64,000 nt of DNA from a virus (Duplodnaviria; Caudoviricetes): positions 1 to 64,000 of IMG/VR virus record IMGVR_UViG_3300042878_001023; one strand, 5' to 3'. The notes below the pieces were generated by a model, which saw nothing but the letters and a program-made list of their open reading frames with translations, made no database searches and was not told the origin of the DNA. Positions 59,787-64,000 of the stretch are shown here, in pieces. Every line of letters starts with the position of its first letter. Position 1 is the first letter of the stretch. The position numbers and the translations under genes were made by a program.

Positions 59787-61859
59787 TCATGAACAAACTG
59801 ATAATGTTGAATCAGAAGTATTACATGGAGCTAAAAATGACATCAAACCGTCCAATCTGAATCTAAAACCACCAACTTGTCCTGCATTTGCTGCATCACA
59901 ACTAAATGGCCAAGTTTTAGATGATCCGACTAAATTAGGTTGATATGCTAAACCTGCTGTTGGAGCATTTGATGTATCCGTATTACTTGTACTAACAAGT
60001 TGACTATCATATAAAGGAACAACTTCACCTGTTTTAATTCTACTAACAAACATTCTGTTTTTAGATGAAAAATCTAGATAATTAAGTGAAAAATTTTCTG
60101 TAGCTATAAGTGTGTTAAAACCTAATATACATCCAGGAGTACCACCTGACATAGAGCCTGTAAACGGTAAACCTACACCAGTTAAAAATACACCATTACC
60201 ACTAAATTCAATTCCGCGATAAATTAAATGATTATTACCATGTGTAAAACTATTATCAATTGTACCAGAAGCTAAAACTTCAGGAGGTAATACATTACCA
60301 CCTCTTGCAAAACGTATTTGCATTGCATGAACTTTTGACTCACCATTATTTATTAAAGTTGTAGTACTTCCTCCTTCATATATAGCACAAGCATTTGGAT
60401 CTGAAGTGTAAGCTTGATCTAGCACATTACAAAACATATTATTACGAAATGCATCTGGTTTATCAATTCCTATTGCAGTTCCTGCTTGACCATTGTCAGC
60501 ATTACCCATAGGTATCTGAATAACACCTCTAAAATATATTACGTTACCAACTCTTCTTGCTTGTGGTCTTGCTACACTAGAAGCGTTGTCATACTGAGAA
60601 AATCCCAAAAGATAATGCCAACCTGTATCTTTAATAGCCGTTTTTATTTGCCACTGATTAGTACTTGGTAATTTAACAACAGTCATATCAATTGCAGAAG
60701 TATCTTCTACAATTATTTCTGCTCCATTTACAGTATATGTTGTATCACCTGGATTAGGACCCACTGCAGATGTAACAGTAATATTATCACCTGCTGCTAC
60801 AATTGCTTCTTTACCAGCAATAGTATATGTTGTAACATTAGAAACTGTAGTAGGTGTTACTGTAATATTATCTCCAGCAGCTACAATAGGTAAATTAGCA
60901 GATACAGTTACAGTATCTTTATTACCACATCCTGTAGTAGCTGTGGTAGTTGCAACATTTACACTTGTATTACCTGCAACAACTTCATATGTTTTATGAG
61001 CTTTTCTTATATCAGAAACAGTAATCCATAAGTTAATAAAACTATCACTTAAATTTTGAGGTGTACCAATCCAAGAACTATATTCTGATTGCATTGCTGT
61101 ACCGCAATTGAATAGTGATGGTGAAGTTGCTAAAGTAGGGACATAAAGACCAGCTGAAGTATTAGTTTGAAATTTATAAGCTGTAAATACATTCCCTGGT
61201 TGTCCTAAAGAACTTAATAAAGCACAATAACCATGAGTATCATCATTTACTAAAGCTGTAAGTATAACCTCTAAATTATGTGAAGTACCCGCTAATACAC
61301 CATCTGGATTATCTTTTAATGTACAGTCTACTATAAAAGATGGTAATACATATGGTACTGGAGGTGGTAAGTTTTCTAATATAGTTACTCTGTTATCAAT
61401 ATTGGTAAGTGAAGTATTTATAGTACCTATCTGATCAACAAGACTACAAACTTTTTCACCAATCATCTGTACATAATCAAGCAACAACATTGTTGTTTGT
61501 GTTGCTGATGTCTTAAAGCAATCTGCTATAGGAACAATACAGTTAGTAGGACACGGGTCAGTTAGTGCAGCAGGCCCCGGTGTTCCAGTTCCAGCATTAC
61601 ATATTTTGTTAATTAATAACTGTATTAATTCACTAAATGTATCTGGAGGATTATTACCAACCTGTAAACATGTAAGATCTAAATTACTTAGATCTAACTG
61701 ATTCATGATTGTACATAATTCAGTAGCTAAATTATATATTACTGTGGATATACTATCTCCTGTACATAAACTGATACAGTCTATATTTGGTCCTTGCCAG
61801 ATAACACAGTTACTAGATACTGGAGAACATGGAGAATTATCTAAATTTAATGGTTTCAT
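59787..61859 (-). CDS. putative tail fibre protein
   Basis: SSNCVIWQGPNI, a short coiled coil, VAAGDNITVT..TTYTV repeats and a DTGW...RRVGNVIYFRG C-terminal head. Confidence 0.7.
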   Translation of the reverse strand: MKPLNLDNSPCSPVSSNCVIWQGPNIDCISLCTGDSISTVIYNLATELCTIMNQLDLSNLDLTCLQVGNNPPDTFSELIQLLINKICNAGTGTPGPAALTDPCPTNCIVPIADCFKTSATQTTMLLLDYVQMIGEKVCSLVDQIGTINTSLTNIDNRVTILENLPPPVPYVLPSFIVDCTLKDNPDGVLAGTSHNLEVILTALVNDDTHGYCALLSSLGQPGNVFTAYKFQTNTSAGLYVPTLATSPSLFNCGTAMQSEYSSWIGTPQNLSDSFINLWITVSDIRKAHKTYEVVAGNTSVNVATTTATTGCGNKDTVTVSANLPIVAAGDNITVTPTTVSNVTTYTIAGKEAIVAAGDNITVTSAVGPNPGDTTYTVNGAEIIVEDTSAIDMTVVKLPSTNQWQIKTAIKDTGWHYLLGFSQYDNASSVARPQARRVGNVIYFRGVIQIPMGNADNGQAGTAIGIDKPDAFRNNMFCNVLDQAYTSDPNACAIYEGGSTTTLINNGESKVHAMQIRFARGGNVLPPEVLASGTIDNSFTHGNNHLIYRGIEFSGNGVFLTGVGLPFTGSMSGGTPGCILGFNTLIATENFSLNYLDFSSKNRMFVSRIKTGEVVPLYDSQLVSTSNTDTSNAPTAGLAYQPNLVGSSKTWPFSCDAANAGQVGGFRFRLDGLMSFLAPCNTSDSTLSVCS

Positions 61860-61897
61860 AATTAATACTAGTTAATATAATATACAAAATAATATTG

Positions 61898-63475
61898 TTA
61901 ATTACAATATGGATTACTACAACAGTCTGTTGAAATACTACATACTATAGACTTGTCTCTTAGTGATGCTAAGTCAATAAGTTCTTTTCTTATTAAAGAT
62001 TGTTCATCTTCTTCCGGACAGCAATTTGAAATACCATATCTTTCAGTAAGAACTCTATGATATAATATTTCTGCAGCTCTACAAGAAATAGATTCAAATT
62101 TATCTGGAGTACAGGCAGGAACCGTATAACCTGGTTCTACTAATCTACCTGTTCTTTGTACTGGACAAACCCAAGGATTAGAATTAAACAAAGTTATACC
62201 AGAAGATAATATAAGACTATTATCAATACATGCTCCATATTCTATAACAATGTCTGTTACAGGATCAATTGGAATAACCCAGCCAGCACTACAGAATTTA
62301 TCACTTGTTTCATTTGGTTCAAGTGTAAACTGAGGTTCCAAAATTTCACCACCATCATCATAAATATAATACTGATATGTTTTTGCTACTGCAGAATCAT
62401 TTGTTACTCTGATACATCCAACCTCTGCTTCTGGTTTACAATCAATACAAGTTTCAAATTCAGCAGCTATTTGTATCTCTACACTTAGTTGTCCTGTAAG
62501 TAAAGTGTGTTCTTCAACATTCCAACATATTGGATTATTTACAAGATTGATTACTTTACCCACATAAGTTGTCATGTTAGTATATGTGATAATTGGCGCA
62601 GCAAAACCTTCACAGTCTGTAAGAATCCAATATTCTCTCAAACATATCTCACAATTTTTAAAGTTTTCTTCAATAGTTATAACTGATGTTGTAGGAGGCT
62701 TAATATTTATTTGCTCAATGCTCCAGCATCCACCACATGTTGAATCTGTAATTGTTCTACCTACGTAAGCAGATAAATCTTGTTCAGTAAATTTTACTTC
62801 ACCTGTCTCACAGTTAGTAACTCTATAAGCAATTACAGGAAGGCAATCAATACATGCAGCATATGATTTACTTACAACAACAGAAACTGCACAATCACAA
62901 TCTTCTACTGACTCAGCTTTACTTATAGTCCAGCAACCATCTTCACCAACAAGACTTACAATTTTATTTTGAGCCCATAATGTTTCTAAAGCAGAAGACG
63001 TAGATTGAATAACAATTAAAGGATCCGCACAATTTGTTAACAAGTAACAAGTTGGTTGACTAACACATGGTTGTCCTTCAACACATTCTCCATTAAAAAC
63101 TATAGCAGGTGTACCACTAGTTGTAGAAACTTGTGGTATAATTTTAGTACATATGTTTGTGGGACCCGCAGCTGAAGATAATACATCATCTGTATTAACA
63201 TAAGTAATAGCACCTGATGTTACATAATAACAATATTCAGCCACTGCTGTTGGTTCACCTGTAACAACTACTTCTGAAGGACTAGGACAATTGCTTTGAT
63301 CAGGATTTAATACTACATAATAAGTTCCACCATATACACCACTTATTGTAACATCAAAATTAAAAAATTTATTAGTGTCAACAACATCAATAGTAGACCA
63401 ATACAAAATTTCTTGTAATTCTGCAGGATTATCTTTTACTGGATATAATATGTAACATTTAGGTCTTACTGCCAT
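61898..63475 (-). CDS. Cys-rich repeat structural protein (hub/fibre-associated)
   Basis: Three YxLT(N/D)C...CW...CxxC repeats. C-terminal RYGISNCC. Confidence 0.6.
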   Translation of the reverse strand: MAVRPKCYILYPVKDNPAELQEILYWSTIDVVDTNKFFNFDVTISGVYGGTYYVVLNPDQSNCPSPSEVVVTGEPTAVAEYCYYVTSGAITYVNTDDVLSSAAGPTNICTKIIPQVSTTSGTPAIVFNGECVEGQPCVSQPTCYLLTNCADPLIVIQSTSSALETLWAQNKIVSLVGEDGCWTISKAESVEDCDCAVSVVVSKSYAACIDCLPVIAYRVTNCETGEVKFTEQDLSAYVGRTITDSTCGGCWSIEQINIKPPTTSVITIEENFKNCEICLREYWILTDCEGFAAPIITYTNMTTYVGKVINLVNNPICWNVEEHTLLTGQLSVEIQIAAEFETCIDCKPEAEVGCIRVTNDSAVAKTYQYYIYDDGGEILEPQFTLEPNETSDKFCSAGWVIPIDPVTDIVIEYGACIDNSLILSSGITLFNSNPWVCPVQRTGRLVEPGYTVPACTPDKFESISCRAAEILYHRVLTERYGISNCCPEEDEQSLIRKELIDLASLRDKSIVCSISTDCCSNPYCN

Positions 63476-63481
63476 GATAGT

Positions 63482-63694
63482 TTATTTTTTAATTGTGTTC
63501 ACATATCTGTTTGCACCCCATACATTTTTTTGTACAGTTAGTGTTGGTGAACCTGTTGTAGTAGTTGTTGTAGGTTTAGAAGTTAAACCTTTTTCATAAA
63601 ATGATATGCAGTTTGTACAACAAGCTTTACCATCTCTAGCAGTTTTTCTTTGGCATCCGCAAGATAGTCTTGCACCACAATTTGAACATGTCAT
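63482..63694 (-). CDS. small Cys-rich protein
   Basis: CxxC...CGC...CCxxC in 70 aa. Confidence 0.7.
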   Translation of the reverse strand: MTCSNCGARLSCGCQRKTARDGKACCTNCISFYEKGLTSKPTTTTTTGSPTLTVQKNVWGANRYVNTIKK

Positions 63695-63717
63695 AATAGT
63701 TAGTTTTTAAATTAGTA

Positions 63718-63999
63718 TTAACAGTTTTTACATTCAAATTTATTCAAAAGTTTTAAAGCATAGTTATATAATGTCATACCTTTTTGAGATTCATGACAAA
63801 ATTCTACTTTAGACTTTGCTGCATCAAGATACATTTTAATCAATCTTAATCTTTCTAGCCTTTCTTTAACCTTAGCTGGTGGATCACATGCAGCAACTTC
63901 TAAGCTACATAAGATTTTTTCATATTTGTTTAATGCTTTTGAAATTCTTAAATGATTGTACTGTACAAATACTTGATCATTAGGAGAAACACTGTAGGT
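63718..63999 (-). CDS. 3' end of a structural (tail hub-like) gene, truncated by the window edge
   Basis: Translated by hand as TYSVSPNDQVFVQYNHLRI...YLDAAKSKVEFCHE...YNYALKLLNKFECKNC*. Confidence 0.7.
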   Translation of the reverse strand, partial: TYSVSPNDQVFVQYNHLRISKALNKYEKILCSLEVAACDPPAKVKERLERLRLIKMYLDAAKSKVEFCHESQKGMTLYNYALKLLNKFECKNC

Positions 64000-64000
64000 A

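Noticed and set aside
14502-62768. Numerous 60-135 aa ORFs antisense to or nested within long genes
   Set aside because: These are shadow ORFs with Ser/Leu/Phe-rich composition and no motifs, fully overlapping well-supported genes.
56034-63475. Diversity-generating retroelement targeting the fibre genes
   Set aside because: No reverse transcriptase and no adenine-specific TR/VR repeat pair were seen.
1-64000. Stop-codon reassignment (TAG or TGA), as seen in some crAss-like phages
   Set aside because: Genes up to 10 kb are uninterrupted in the standard code. TAG and TGA end genes at sensible boundaries (6524, 9804, 58283, 59787). No convincing suppressor tRNA was found.

Overview
The window is an AT-rich phage genome segment with the gene content of a crAss-like (Crassvirales-related) Bacteroidota phage, probably with a Flavobacteria-type host. 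It reads in the standard genetic code. Two convergent arms meet at an intrinsic terminator near 13.93 kb. The + strand arm (1-13921) is a replication and nucleotide-metabolism module: GIY-YIG endonuclease, DUF2201-like metallopeptidase/vWA protein with a MoxR-like AAA ATPase, PD-(D/E)XK nuclease, family-B DNA polymerase, ThyX, a MazG-like pyrophosphatase, several small ORFs missing from the ORF track, and a non-canonical tRNA-like element. The - strand arm (13968-64000) is the virion module: Cys-rich fibre/hub proteins, an IHF-like protein, ring proteins, the muzzle, low-complexity cargo proteins, and giant ejection proteins including a DFDID-motif virion RNA polymerase. The most interesting signal is an apparently modular, swappable payload in the injected proteins. 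(i) A P-loop kinase domain sits in frame in the vRNAP gene between two 26-bp direct repeats encoding TQ(P/L)S(I/T)SVE. (ii) A 158-codon module lies between perfect 16-bp repeats in a cargo gene. (iii) An R-S-E ADP-ribosyltransferase-like domain is bracketed by repeated peptide modules. (iv) Recurring xQxGG-type motifs punctuate the cargo proteins. (v) The three giant proteins carry cysteines almost only at the termini that face each other in gene order. All calls come from motif recognition by eye; no database searches were run.
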